From Octopus vulgaris (lineage: Eukaryota): a stretch of 64,000 nt of DNA. Position 1 is the stretch's first letter, and every line of letters begins with the position of its first letter. This document shows, one piece after another, positions 13,553-28,104 of the stretch. Both the position numbers and the translations under genes were made by a program. The stretch spans positions 68,076,001 through 68,140,000 of the forward strand of contig OX597831.1 of assembly GCA_951406725.2 (NCBI GenBank), written 5' to 3'. The notes under the pieces were generated by a model. It ran no database searches. It was not told the origin of the DNA and saw only the letters and a list, made by a program, of their open reading frames with translations.

Positions 13553-13861
13553 TTTTTGTTTGTTCCTTCTCGAGCCATGCCTGGTTCATAAGGGCTGGTT
13601 TCCTGGTTTCTTGGCATATAGGGTTCCCCACCTGGACGGGACGCCGGTCCGTCGCAGGTGAGCTGCAAGATGTAGGAGTAAAGAGTGAGAAAAAGTTGTG
13701 GTGAAAGAATCAGCAGAAGTTTCGCCATTACCTTCTGCTCAGAGCCACATGGAGCTTAGGTGTTTCGCTCATAAACACACATATCGCCCAGTCTGAGATT
13801 CGAACCCGCGATCCCTCAACTGCGAGTCCGCTGCTCTAACCACTAGACCATCTGCCTCCAC
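13553..13861 (-). mobile_element. tRNA-derived SINE family D
   Basis: Minus strand starts tggaggcagatggtctagtggttagagc...gggttcgaatctc (A and B boxes), then ctgcgacggaccggcgtcccgtccagg and an A-rich tail. Confidence 0.75.
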
Positions 13862-14884
13862 AATGGTAATCACTAAATTTGATGAACTGCAAGTATATGT
13901 GTGCATGTGTGTGTGTGTGTGTATGTGCACATATGTATGTATTTATACATGCATGCATACAAGTATGTGAGTGCATGTATGCATATCATTCTTTGCCTCA
14001 AGGGCCAATCAAATCAATTGTTGTTTGTTTGTCCATATTGAACTTCAATCTATTGTATCTTCAGACCACCATTACTAGCATTTCTGACAATTTTAATCCT
14101 TTGCATTACTCTATAAATTTTATTATTCATGAAATATCAATCTGCAACATTTTAGTCGTCGTTTGACTGCTTATATTAGAAACTTTTTATGTCACAATTT
14201 TAAATGTTTCTTCTAGTTCTTTGTTTGAATTTTATGTATTATATTTATTTGTCCATACATAAAAAAATAATATTTGTTTATTCTCTAAAGTTAAAGTGTA
14301 TAATTGAAAGAAATGCCAAAGCAAAGATAAACATTAAATTCCTTATAAATTTCTTCTCAGAAATGGTGATCACCTAAAAAGATAAAAGCTTCACAGAAAA
14401 TATAAGCTCAATGAGGCATTGATAGATATATGTGTGTATGTGTACACACACACACACATGTGTGTGTGTGTGTGCCTATGGATTTTGTGTGTGTATGCTT
14501 GTTTGTGTGACAGTGATCTATTCCACTTTCTGTGTACAATTCTTAGACTGGAGGGATAAATAGGTGAGATTGTTGTTAGCATTTAATTGAAATGGTTGGT
14601 GTTGAATGTGTGAAGAGGAAAATGGAAGTTGGTAAGAATTCTGCAGTGAAGGATTGAAGATGAATGATTAAACATGATCATAGCATTTTAGTTTGAGTTA
14701 TGATGGACAATATCCAGTTAGAATCTGCAGATATGGAGAAGCAGATGCATTGAATTTGTTTCAGATAGCAGTTGAATTCTTGATTGAAATCACAGACGGA
14801 GAACGCAGTTTGATCTTTTCTGCCTGTGCTTGTCTCATATGCGGTTTTTCCTTGAATGTGTTTTTACATACTCTCTCTCTTTCT

Positions 14885-15279
14885 CTTTACTCTTTTACTT
14901 GTTTCAGTCATTTTGACTGCGGCCATGCTTGAGCACCGCCTTTAGTCGAGCAAATCGGCCCCGGGACTTATTCTTTGTAAGCCTAGTACTTATTCTATCG
15001 ATCTCTTTTGATGAACCGCTATGTGACGGGGACATAAACACACCAGCATCGGTTGTCAAGCAATGCTAGGGGGACAGACACACAAACACACACACACACA
15101 CACACATACATATATACGACAGGCTTCTTTCAGTTTCCGTCTACCAAATCCACTCACAAGGCTTTGGTCGGCCTGAGGCTAGAGTAGAAGACACTTGCCC
15201 AAGGTGCCACACAGTGGGACTGAACCCGGAACCATGTGGTTGGTAAGGAAGCTACTTACCACACAGCCACTCCTGTGCC
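14885..15279 (-). mobile_element. tRNA-derived SINE family A
   Basis: Full-length reverse-complement copy. Confidence 0.85.
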
Positions 15280-17080
15280 TACTTGTGATCATTCAAGGAA
15301 TGTGAAACAAAATGCTAAAAGTTATGATAAAGCAAAAATGCCTATCATGTCATAAAATAATGTCATAATAGATTACAGTATATGCTCTGACAACCACAGA
15401 GTATAGCAAATATATATTATTTGTATCGATGACGATAGTATTACAGCCTATTGAGATATGACACCAATATATAAGATTGTGGTATCTCCTTGAGATTTTT
15501 GAAAATCTTTCATTCTGTTATTTGTTTGAAATGAGGAATGTTGTGCAGAATAAGTATTGTTTGTCAAATTTAAGAGCTGTCCTAGAACTACTATTGCTCT
15601 TTGGAGTCTGAAATTATTATTGCATTTGGCAGCAATGAAGACAAAGTGATGAAGAGTGGAAGCTTGGAAGCTAAAGAAGAGGAATGTAAGGCTAAAGCAA
15701 GCAGCGATTCATGCAGATTTGTTCTCATGAGCAATAATGTTAGAGAAAATGTAAATTTAATACAATCTTGGGTATGTTTCAAAGTTCCAGTTTTAGAAAA
15801 GGTGAAATCTTAAGAAAGTGATGTATAATTAAATACATAAAAATAAAAACAAATATAAAATAATTACTGCACACAGCTTTGTCACGCTGGTCATTCTTTT
15901 TATGTCCTTATGTAATGTCAGTCATATATCATTGTGTCTTCTTTAACATAAAGGTGATTTATGATTCATAAACTAAGGATAATACTGGAAAGTGAATATC
16001 TAAATATTTAATGGCTTAGATTTATTTGTTACCTTCCAATGTCAAACTGGAAAATTGATCACTTGGGATGAAAGTTTTAGCTGTTATCTGCCATGTGCAT
16101 GCAAACTTTGATTGCGTGTGAATAACATTTATGAAATAAAGTTTGCAAAGTTAGAAAGAATAAGTTAATGTGACTATAGCGGACGGGTACATATGGGAGA
16201 GTAACAGACCAAAGACATTACCTTGTCTCATCTTGTCTCTTAACATTCTTAATTTAAATCCACTTTGACTCTCTCATCTCTGAAACTTATTTTATAAGTA
16301 CCAATAAGTACAGGCAGTTAATAGTCTCAAATAACAAAATTAGAGACTAGCAATTTATATTGACATTTATGCTACATTGTGTATTACAAGATGGGTAACA
16401 CTTAATGGCTATGTTTCACCTTACTCAGAGCACAAACTGCAGAATTACAAATTCCACTGCTGGGAATCTGTTAGGCCTTTCATTAAATGGTAGAGCCGAG
16501 TTGAAGCCCTCTTGTGGATTGGGAAAAGCAATGGGAAACCATTTCCCTTAAATAACAACACAAGTATCTTTTAAGACTCCTAATAGGTTTATTAGCCAAA
16601 ACACAAGCCTTATACTTGGCCTATACAAACAGATTACTTATCCTGGCTTGAATAGTAAAAAAAAATCAATAATATTAGAGATTATATTTTCTTCAGGGAG
16701 AAATCAATATTACTATAAATTATATTTTATGACCATAAACAATATTATTAATATTAATAAGAATAAGTTAAAAAAGGCTTGGTTAACCTTTTCCTTACAG
16801 CATGTTTTGTATGATGTTAGTCATAAATTGGACCACATCATGAAAATAATAGTTTAACAGACATCATGCTAAACACCGAGTATATCATATATTGCACAAG
16901 TGAATCATAAAAATATTTCTCAAGAAAATTCGTGTAAATGCTATTTGACAATAAAATATGAATATGAAATTTTTGAGAATTTGACAGAGAAAATGTTATA
17001 TTTATAGAATTGTGACATTACGTATGCTCTATATCTAATCAGAAAGGATTGAATGGACCCTAAATGCCAAGGTTTACCCA

Positions 17081-17333
17081 CTCTTTACTCTTTTACTATT
17101 TTATTTGTTTCAGTCATTTGACTGTGGCCATGCTGGAGCACCGCCTTTAGTCAAGCAAATCGACCCTGGGACTTATTCTTTGTAAGCCCAGTACTTATTC
17201 TATCGGTCTCTTTTGCCGGACCGCTAAGTTACAGGGATGTAAACACACCAGCATCGGTTGTCAAGCAATGTTGGGGGGACAAACACAAACATACACACAC
17301 ACACATACATACATACATACATACATACATACA

Positions 17334-17368
<35 letters not shown>

Positions 17369-17532
17369 TGATGGGCCTCTTCCAGTTTCCGTCTACCAAA
17401 TCCACTCACAAGGTTTTGGTTGGCCCGAGGCTATAGAAGAAGACACTTGCCCAAGGTGCTACGCAGTGGGACTGAATCCGGAACCATGTGGTTGGTAAGG
17501 AAGCTACTCACCACACAGCCACTCCTGCACCT
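17081..17532 (-). mobile_element. tRNA-derived SINE family A with expanded internal (CATA)n
   Basis: Full-length reverse-complement copy. Confidence 0.85.
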
Positions 17533-19389
17533 ACATTAATATATAAAGTTAGATATGATGTCCATGGAATTAAATTGCTGCTTTACTGACACATAGTTTT
17601 AAAACCAAATTTTTGCTGCAGGCATTATGTTGTTTTATTGAGTAATTTTCATAACTCTGAACAATTCATTAAAAACAAGCTTCATTCCTTCTGCATTACT
17701 AAATTTTAGGAAGAATGTATTTGCTTCAACAAATTAAACAAGCCACTCATTAAACTATGGTAAAATAGAATATAACACCAGGTAACCACGAGACATGGAC
17801 ATAAAAATATATATAAGTAGTCACAATAATAAATTTAGTACTTGAATTGTACTTATGTATTGACCAGTCATCTTAACAAGAATTAACGTTTCGATTGAAT
17901 ATTAATCAAAATCTCTATTTCCTCAACATTATCTGCTTGCTCTCTCAGGAGTTCTGTAAATGTAAGTGTTCTGTTCACTTGTACTATTGAACTCAAATCC
18001 TTTCATGGATAAAACATGAAATAGACTATCATTCTATTCAGAAGAGATGGCATTTCTCAAATCCCTTAACCTTAAAGCTAAGATAAGCAGCAGAACATTA
18101 TGAGAGACCATGTAGTAGATAAAGAAAAGCAAACAACTTGAAACTAGTAACAACTGCTTAGGCATCTAAGTAACAAGGAGGAACAAAATTTACATTGTGT
18201 ACTTTAGAATTTTATGCATGACTTTTTGAAATCCTGCTAACCTATCAGACAATGCAACATTTGCAGCCAAAGAAAACAACTGAATTTCTAATGGAATTGA
18301 TAGAAACATACAAACTGAATTGGTTTTATTTCAAATAGCTTTGAAATCTTTCGTAATTCTGTCAACAAAAATAAATAAGAATAAGATACATAAGCACAGA
18401 ATAAAAAGTAAAAATAACTGAAGGAATAGAATGCATTAGACTGAACTAATAGCAGTTTACATTCTGTGTATCTCAAGTTTAATTGCTGCCTTTATAAACA
18501 TTATAACTGTCATGGCCAGAAACAATTTGTTGTTAGCCATTATAAGAAAAAGGATTTTTGAGTTTGCAACAAATATCTTGAAATTGTTCTTTTGAACACT
18601 TTCGCAGTCTATGTTTAAGAGGAAAGTTTACAGACAAACTTCATAGCCCATTGCTGTATAATATTATAATTCCATATTTGTTGCTAATAAAAAAGAAATA
18701 CTATTCCTATAAACAGAATTCCATTCTTATAAAAGAGTGTGTACAAGATCAATTTTTTGCAAGAGAAGTATTGGTAACAGCAATGATAATAATAATAATT
18801 CTTTCATTATCATTGGTACCAAGGTCTATTCATACATGCACTAAAATGTATGCAAAGGTATTACAAAACATGTGGGAATAACTAAAACAAAGTAACATAA
18901 AACTAAAAGAAGGAACAAAGACTAGACAGAATATTGAGATTTTATATGTTTTATGTTGAAGTTACATAAAACAAATATACAATAATATAAAAAGACATGA
19001 TATGATTTTTAACACGAGCACAAAGCTATGAATTTTTAGGGTGAGTTTAGTCAATTAGATCGACCCAGCACTTGACAAGAACTTATCATTGATCCTGAAT
19101 AATAATATCTGTAGATGTATTCAAAAGTAAGAAATCTTCATATATTCTACTATCACACATACAAACATACATATTTACTCTCAACAGTACACATATGTGT
19201 CCACAATAGGAACCTTCATGTCTTTGTTTACTCTGATCGAAATTACAGCCATATCTCTCTCAAACTATGTAGAATTTTGTATTTGACCAAAACAACTTAC
19301 AGTATATATCACCAATTAAAAAAAAAAGTTTGAATTCAGATTATAAAGGTTTGTTGCAAAATATTCTATATCACACCCTACCTCAAATA

Positions 19390-19590
19390 CGAGGGGTACT
19401 GCAAAGCTCCTGGTTTTAAGGGTATTGGTTGACGGCCCAAACTTCCAAGTTCCTTTACAGGGTTTAGAAAAACTGAAGGATTTCTGCGATAAGTGTGTGA
19501 ATCTGAGAGGGAAATATGTTGAATAAAAGGAGAACTGATCCTCCTGTATTTTCCTTTACTGAAAGCCAGGAAGTTTTCAGCACCCCCTCA
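19390..19590 (+). mobile_element. Internally deleted mariner (MITE)
   Basis: TA-cgaggggtactgcaaagctcctgg...ccaggaagttttcagcaccccctca-TA; interior encodes GLEKLKDFCDKCVNLRGKYVE*, a mariner-like C-terminus. Confidence 0.7.
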
Positions 19591-19793
19591 TACTGAATCA
19601 GGTGTTATTAGAAAGTTTCTAGACTGAACATGCTGTGATTGTATTGTTCTGCAGAAATGCATATACAACTGATGTAGCCAATCTACTGAATCAATCACAA
19701 ATAGGTTTCATACTATGTGCTTGTGTTCAATTACTATAATATTTCTATATTTGTAGGTCACATGTCATGCTAGAAAAATCATATGGTATTTAA

Positions 19794-20014
19794 CCCTTTC
19801 GTTACCAACCTGGCTGAAACTGGCTCTGGCTCTGTAGTACAAATGTTTTGTTTTCATAAGTTTTTAATTAAAATCTTCCACCAAACCTTAGTCACAAATA
19901 CTGTTCCTAACACCAGCTTAATGATAACTAAGTTATTTTACAAAATTCTGCGTTATATCTAAAATAATTGAAAGAAACACAGAACATCTCAAAATAAATA
20001 CAGTAACGAAAGGG
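19794..20014. mobile_element. piggyBac-type MITE
   Basis: TTAA-ccctttcgttac ... gtaacgaaaggg-TTAA. Confidence 0.8.
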
Positions 20015-23000
20015 TTAATGCTAGCTTATAAATTCAGACAATGTGCTTACATAAAATTTTGCATGCAGTTTGGTACATCTGCTTCCAAGATGCTACATCA
20101 AACTTTTGGTGAATATTCTTTTGATGGACTATAAGTTTTTGAGAGGTATGTGTATTTCAAGACTGGTCAAATGCCAGTGCTTCTACCACACACAGATTAC
20201 TTGTTTCATAGGGTCTCTTGCTAGTACTTTGTTCTTGCAGTAACTTAACTGATATTCGCATAAAACAATTATGTGGTCAGAATGTTGGATACTCAGGGTG
20301 TACTTCAGTCGAGTAGAGCTGCCACAGGAATGACATACCCAGATCCTACCTGTAGAGCTCTCAAACTTTGTATTAGTAGCAACAAGGCTGTTTTATGATG
20401 TCCCTCATGTGCTTGTCATTTTTAAAGGATTTTTTTTTTTAAAGAGAGGAGTTAATGTGTAGTCCCACCCACTTCAGTTAAAAGAAAATTATGTGCTTTA
20501 CGTTGATTGTGGAAAATAGTTCCTGCTAGAACCGCTCAACTTTAGGGCAATTGTAGTCTGAATTGTGAAAGCAGAAAATAATAGTTAATGGATTTTCCAA
20601 CAAGTTAACTATCATGATACACTCAGTGCATTTTGCAATACTGGTGCAGGCTTTAAGGAAAAAGCAAGACACCTACTCCTCCAGTGGCAGCATTCTGCTT
20701 GTTATCCATGCTGATGATGTTATATAGATGTATCCCTCAAATGTATTCTGCATAAGAGGCTTACAGTATATGTTTCAATGTTTCTGCAGGTAAAATAATT
20801 CCAAGGCTATAGTTATGTGCATTGTATGTAAGTTCATCCCTCTTAGCAATAGTTGTCAGTGTTTTAGCATTGAATGTACTGACAATAAGAGGTATTTTAT
20901 TTTGGGCAAATCCAACTGCAGCATCTTTATCTGTATCAGGGTTGAGCTGTCCATGAGTATTTAGTGTCCTGGGTATGTCTTTAAACTGCCTTTGGTGCTA
21001 GAATCTAAGACTGAGCAACTCCAGACATTGACTCACACTATGCCCAGATCTGTTCTGAGCTGAAACAGAACTAATTTAGTAATTATAAACCAGAATAATG
21101 TTTGCAAATATTTACCTGAAAACTGGAAATTATATACATTTTATTCATTTCCATAAAGTTGAGCATTTCTAACAGAGAAGAATTACTGAAGGAGTTGTGC
21201 TCTCAGCAATAGTGATGATGATATTGATAATAAGTATAAGAATCAGTCCCACTGCATGGCATCTTGGGCAAGTGTCTTCTGCTATAGACTCAGGCTGGCT
21301 GAAGACTTATAATTGAATTTGGTAGATGGCATGTATCAGTGTGTGTGTACATGTAAGTGTGTAAGTGCTTGTGCCTCCTAACAGGCACAGGGCCACAAAT
21401 CCAGAGTATGATTAGTTGTAACTCTGGTAGGATGGAAGGCAATGGTGGGATTGAAACTCTACTGTTTCTGCCATTCTCTTTCATTATAATAGTAATCATG
21501 ATGATTAGCTATAATAGTAATGATGATGAATTGCTATCTCATTAAAGTCTACAATTTAACAATATCTCACCACATCCCTAGAAACACAAACTTACTTTGA
21601 TCATTAATAACAATTTTAAAATTTAATGGTTATAAAATTTGAGACTCACAGGCATAAAAAGCTTAAGGAACTAATGGGCATTTCAGTGCAGCCACTACAA
21701 TACACAGTAAACAAGTTTTATAAAATACCACTTTTAAATATCGATAACTAAAGACAAATTTGTTGGTTATAAATGGATGCACATACAAATATTTCACAAA
21801 TTGGTATATTTTCTGTTTTATATAAAATTGTTTTATAAATTCCTTTGTCTTTTCTATGTCCCTTTTTATCATTATAATTTTGATGCATATAATTACGTTT
21901 ATTATGAAAATGGTAATTCTAAATTATAAAATATATTTAAATTGATCATAACACACAATTAAGAACACTTTTTGAACTGTGAATATCTATAAAATTGCAA
22001 GTTAATTATGGAATAACTATTTTAAAAAGTCCAAAAGCAACATTCTGTTGGTTTCTGATCACAAATTAAAAGTGGAAAATTCCTGAAGCAATTGGTATTG
22101 ATATTTTGAAAATAAAAAAAAACCTAAATTTCAAATTTTTTTGGAGTTAAAAGAATTTGAGATGGAGAGGGCAAAATTAAAAATTAAAAGCTAACTAATG
22201 GGGTGGGGGGAAGGCAAATTTGTAATCTCCGCTGGAAACAGGAATCTGAAGAAATGTTTGAAAAGCAAATATATATATAAACATTCGGGGGATATCTATT
22301 CAACATGTCTGTCTCAGCAGTGGTGAATAACATCAATATTTCCACTTTCAGTTTGTGATCATAAACTGAAAGAATGCCTAAAAAGCTATTTAATGAATCA
22401 ATACAAGCAGTCTAACCTGCTCGTAAGAATTTTTGCAAGTGGCTTGTGAATGTGATTTTTATACATAAAGTTTTCAAAATAAAAAAAAGAAAAAGAAAAG
22501 AAAAACACCTACCTTAAAGTTCTGTTTCATAAACATTAACTCAGTTTACTGATTATTCAATTAGTTATTACCAACACATCAATAAATATATATTTGCCCA
22601 GGAAAATACACAGCAGAATTTCCATGCTTTTGATCGAGTGTATCCAATTTAGCCACATTGATTATCAAGAAATAAGTCACCAACGTGAGAGAAGCCAATA
22701 CTTTTCATTTGAGTGTATTCAGTCATTCAACGGTGTTAGTGAATACTATGTTTGACAGAGGTTAACAATATGTTTCTAAATACTATTTTAATAATGATTT
22801 CAAACTTTGATACAAGGCTGGCAATTTTAGGGGTGGGAGGGTTAGTCAATTTCATTGACCCCCATTAATTGACTAGTACTTTATTTTATGAACTCAGTAT
22901 GTAACTTGTATAACTTGTATCTGTTTAGTAGCTTAGAGCTTTCCTTAGTTTCAAATTATTGAAATATTTTCGCTATTTAGAACCTCAAACTAACTACAAC

Positions 23001-23144
23001 CAGCCAGAGATGACAGAATGAAATGCCCCATCAAATTCATGGTACACTTCTAAATCCAAACTAGTCCACTCTACCAATCCCTTTCTGTGACTGGAAATGA
23101 CATGAACCAATCTTGAAATCACTATGTTGTCTTGCCATTTCTAT

Positions 23145-23256
23145 CAATATATATATTAAATATATATATATATATATACACATACACACACACATATATA
23201 TATACACACATATATACATACATATACACATATATATGCATATATATATATATAAA

Positions 23257-23300
<44 letters not shown>

Positions 23301-23308
23301 AATATACT

Positions 23309-23351
<43 letters not shown>

Positions 23352-23410
23352 GCATACACACACACAAACAAACACACACACACGCACATATATATATATG
23401 TATATATATG
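23145..23410. repeat. Compound (TA)n/(CA)n microsatellite
   Basis: Seen directly; source of the spurious YI/IY ORFs. Confidence 0.95.
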
Positions 23411-24285
23411 TTTAGAAGGTAATGTAATAAAACATTACGGACGATATATTATAAATAATTAAGATTATTTATAAATATATCGATGGCCAAACATGTTACC
23501 AAAAACAACATTGAAGAATGTTTATAATTATGAACTAGTCACAATTATAACAGTTTCAAAAACCTTACATGTTAAAAATAGCAGCCAAAACGGCAATAAA
23601 GCCATTTTATCACTCATAATATTTTTCTTTGCAATAAAAACCATCTCCAGACGAATACGTAAAAATCGAATGATGAGAATGCTGCATTGGTTGTTAAACT
23701 TTTTTTATTTGTATATTAAGGCTATCACATTTTGAGTGATTATCTCCCTTGATTTTGACATTTGGGAAAAAACCGTATTGGATCGTGAATTTTGCCTGTA
23801 TTATATTATATATCCTGAGTATATGTGATATTCGTATGTTTGTGTGCTGTGGAAGTTCATCGGGGGGGGGGAATGTTTCTTCTATGTGTGGAGTTCGTGT
23901 GTTGTATATATTCAATGTTCACTATCACTATCTGGGTTAGGTTGGTGTTGTAGGTTGTAATTCCTCTTTGAAATGCTGAAGTGGGAATTATTCCTTGTGT
24001 ATGCAGGGAAAGAATGTTTCATACCTAATATTGTTGATGTTTTGAAAGGATGACGGGTATGTTTGTAATGGGTGTTGGAACTTGTTGGTGTCATACAAGA
24101 GTGGCACCCCTTGATATATTGTTTTCTTACAACACAATTTGTGAATTACAGAGACTTTTCCAAAGGGATTTTTGTGTTTTCATCCAAAATGGAGACAAAC
24201 ACCATTCCTCCATGTGATTTAGCTTGAAACTTTGTTAAAGTATTAAGATATTTTTCTTAACATGAAACCAATGGTAGCCTTACAT

Positions 24286-24325
<40 letters not shown>

Positions 24326-24542
24326 ACACACATACATATATATATATATATATGCACTAACACCTATATATACATACATATATACATATATATATGTACA
24401 TATATATATATATATATATACACATACATTTTTTTATTTTTTCATTTTACTCAGTTTTTTAAAATCATGTTGAACCGTTAATCCCCACAATTTCCTCTCT
24501 TTTCTTTTTTTTTTATATTCTCCCTCCTCTTTTTTCTTAACT

Positions 24543-24578
24543 CTTTCTGTCAAAGAGCATAGGTTCGAAACGTCAAAG
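24543..24578 (+). ncRNA. Degenerate minimal hammerhead-like motif
   Basis: CTTT-CTGTCAA-a-GAGCatagGTTC-GAAA-CG-TC-AAAG; same family as 46124-46159. Confidence 0.5.
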
Positions 24579-24615
24579 ACTTTTCCAGTTTTCCTGAGTT
24601 TCACACATACACACA

Positions 24616-24653
<38 letters not shown>

Positions 24654-24694
24654 GTGTGAAGATAGATATATAGATAGACAGAAAGAAATGCATG

Positions 24695-24742
<48 letters not shown>

Positions 24743-25609
24743 TATATAAGTTTCTATAATATTTCTGTATATCTAATTTCACCGAAGGTGTTAATGAACT
24801 AGTGGTTAAAGATCTTGTTAAATATTTTCCAGTTGCTTGAAATTTTTCAAATTTTCAATACTTAATCCTGATGTAGTTTTGGATGTTGATGAAAATTGGG
24901 TTCATTTTTTCCTAAAGGTTAAAAATAAAGAAGCTATAAGCATTCGAAGTTATGCAATTTTTAACCAATCAGCAACCTCCATTTGGCAGAATATCACCTG
25001 TGTTGATCTCCATACAAACCTTTACATTCTCCCTCGACCTGCTAGAAATAGAAGAAAGTGAAAGCCCCTGTTGTGGAACTAACCAATAACATTCCATGTA
25101 CTACTTGTGGTAACTCTATTTTAGAATTCAATGCTCTACATTTTATAATTCCAAGCAAAGCTTCTAGAGCCTTTAGAAATACAGTCTGTTAGGAATTCAC
25201 ACAACTTTTCCAGTAATTCTATTGCCTTTATCTGTTACATGCCTTCCAATACTAATTGACTGAAAAACATTCAAGTAGGTGTTCATGCCTTTTATATTAG
25301 GATAATTAAGTTCACAGAGTTGGTCATGCCTTTTATGAAAATATAATTATGCTGTGTTCTAAACTGGGAATCTGAGAAAGGTAGTTCTAATCTCAGCAGA
25401 GACCTGCTACAAGATTCATGATGTGTTTTATGGATTAAAGGAAATTTATAGGCAAGTAAAGAAGTGTTTAAGATGTAATGCTAACCATGCATCATCAATA
25501 GTCATGAACTGAGAAAATTGTATAAGTTGCCTTGAAAGTGTTCATTATTTGCAAAAATTTAAAATATCATTTTGGCTGCCTGGATAAGAACTCCTTGCTT
25601 ATATATGTA

Positions 25610-26508
25610 TGAGGTGGTATCAAAAAGTTCCAGGGCTAGTTATGTTTAATAAAAAATAACATATTCACCTAAGTTTTAACATAATCTCCTTCATAATAGT
25701 CACCTTGTACAGCAATACAACCGGTTCTAGCATTCCTGCTGCTTTTGGAATCCTGCCTGGCAGTCATTCTCTGTAAGCAAGTCAAGGATTCTGCGATTTG
25801 TTCTTGCTCTCGACAACGGTGTTAAAACGATGACCTTTGAGCTGCCTTTTCATCTTGAGGAAGCAATGGAAGTCCATAGGGGCTAAATCTGGCGAATAAG
25901 GCGGGTGAAGAAGTGATACCATGTTGTCTTTGGCGAGAAACTCATGAGTGAGGAGAACTTGGTGACAGGGCACATTGTCATTGTGAAGAATCCCAACGTT
26001 AGGATTGCCTACACAGACCCATACGACAGACCAACAACATCAGCACTGCCATTGGTTGTCCTCCGACAATCATCATGCAAAAGCTGATGAATTTTCTCCC
26101 CATTTCCAGGGGTGATGCTTGTGGCAGGTCTTCCAGATCAATCATTTCCTTCTAAGGAGGTTCTTCTACTTTTAAAGCACTTGTGCCAATCGAAATATTT
26201 TGTGCGACCCATTGCCTCATCGTCGTAAGCTTGCCGAAGCATGTTCAATGTCTCTGGAGCGAATTTACCAAGTTTAATGCAAAATTTCAAGTTGGCTCTT
26301 TGTTCCAACTTCCTGTCTATGACAAAAATTGCAGACTAAAGCACACATGTGACCACAAAAATACGAATTTTACAACTTGCAAAGTAAACGCAGCAATGTC
26401 ACTCAGTACACTGCCTCATGAAGGTCACTGCTAGCTCTCACTGCACATGCAACCATGTGCTACCATCTGTAGGTGTGCAACAGAATTAGTCTGGGAACTT
26501 TTTGATAC
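25610..26508 (-). mobile_element. Defective mariner element with internal deletion
   Basis: TIRs gtatcaaaaagttcc / ggaactttttgatac; ORF 25782-25973 has HPPYSPDLAPMDFHCFLKMKRQLKGHRF. Confidence 0.8.
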
Positions 26509-27557
26509 ACACGCACACACAACATATATACACATGCACACACATACACACACACTTTAATAGGCACTGAAGAGTTTAGCGGTTTTAGTTGAAAATACAT
26601 TTTATGAAACTTTTAGGTCACTGGTTTATTAAATACAGACTGCTTCCTCGTGACCCCACCTCAGTTGATTCGATTTCTTCATGATGTTTCATTTTAAAGC
26701 CCTTTAGCTGTTCTTGATCGAACATTTAACTATTATAGACACTAATTATATTCCAACTCACCTAAGAGATATTCTAACAGCTTTTGTAGTCTTCATTTCT
26801 TTCCAGTTACTGAAATATCAAACATGATATTTTTGACTTGTAGCTAAATTACAGATCATAAAGTTGTAATAACAGTAAAATCAGGCTAGTATTATAAGTA
26901 AATTCAATAACTTGAATGACAAAGAATATATTTCTTTAAGTGAAATGAAAATAAAGATACAGAGTGACATGTAATGACTAAATATCTGAATCTCTAACTA
27001 TAAAATAGTAAGAAATAATATCGTTTTGGTATTGGTCTGATAACTTTTAACACGAAAAACATCACTATTTAGAATCAAATTAGCTACCTTATGGTATATT
27101 AACTAATCTTTCGTGTTTCAAAGTTCAAGCTATTTTGGATCTACTTTAGACCAACTTTGAGATTCAATAAAATATTAAGATCGAAGTTATATCGTTGCCA
27201 AGAGCAATTGATGTCCAGTCAAAAAGTGGATATGTATGGAATGTGAAAAAGGCAAAAGACCACAAATTTTATGGCTACAGTAGGAGCACCATTTTGCTTC
27301 TCTAACCTTTCACATGTAAGCATCATTGCATACAAATAAAACTTGCCATACCATCACAGACCCCAAAGGGGTCATGCTTATCTAGTCTCATAAACAATAG
27401 TTTCACTTACTAAATATATCAAGAAAATAATATCACACCTCACCCCAACCTTCACAACATGAGACTGAAACACGAAGTATATCAAGTTCACTGGCCTCAG
27501 AGAACATGTGAACATCTCACACAACCACACTGATCAGACCAAAACAATAAGCCCTAA

Positions 27558-27593
<36 letters not shown>

Positions 27594-28062
27594 TACTAGC
27601 AGTATTGCCCGGCTCGTGCGCCCGTGCATTCTATGCACGCGTGAATTAAGCTAAACTTGGATGAAGTTCAATCAAAATTCAGTTATTTTGGTTTTAAAAT
27701 CAAGCATTTAATGCCCTCTATTTTTGCGATTATGTGTTCCATTTCCTCAATAGGAAGTACGTAGAAGCGTTTCATAAATATTTGCTGATCAAATAATTGC
27801 ATTGTTGAATTATTCTTTTAGATCAGTATTTCTCAACGGGGATTTCAGGGGAGAGTTTCAGGGTGTCGCTGGCAATGTATCGTGATGATCAAAAATCCGG
27901 CCTGCTAAAATTTGGTTAAAGTGATTCAAACTGCAAACTCAACGCAAAATGGTCACATTTAATTCAAATCGTTAAAAATATTATGAAAACAATTGGTATG
28001 TGTTCACAAAGTCCAAACGATTAATACGAAAAAGCCCTCCACGCTACATCCCGAAAATTCAT

Positions 28063-28104
28063 TTCTTTGCCGAATTTCAAATTCTTTATAACCCACTAGG
28101 GGCG
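28063..28104 (-). repeat. 42-bp LINE junction repeat, copy 1
   Basis: ttctttgccgaatttcaaattctttataacccactaggggcg; 1 mismatch to copies 2 and 3. Confidence 0.95.

Noticed and set aside
15591-15813. Opposing 63-70 aa ORFs in non-repetitive sequence
   Set aside because: Non-ATG starts, no recognisable motif, weak splice context.
23061-23462. Many overlapping ORFs rich in Y/I/C/V/H/T (also near 44.6-45.0, 51.0-51.6 and 62.8-64.0 kb)
   Set aside because: Translations of TA/CA microsatellites, not genes.
23436-23500. Hairpin cgatatattataaataat/attatttataaatatatcg followed by aaacatgtt, a possible hammerhead
   Set aside because: Both core boxes are too degenerate to support a call.
28093-28104. 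CTCF-like word ccactaggggcg in the 42-bp repeat
   Set aside because: One G short of the core spacing and no supporting evidence.
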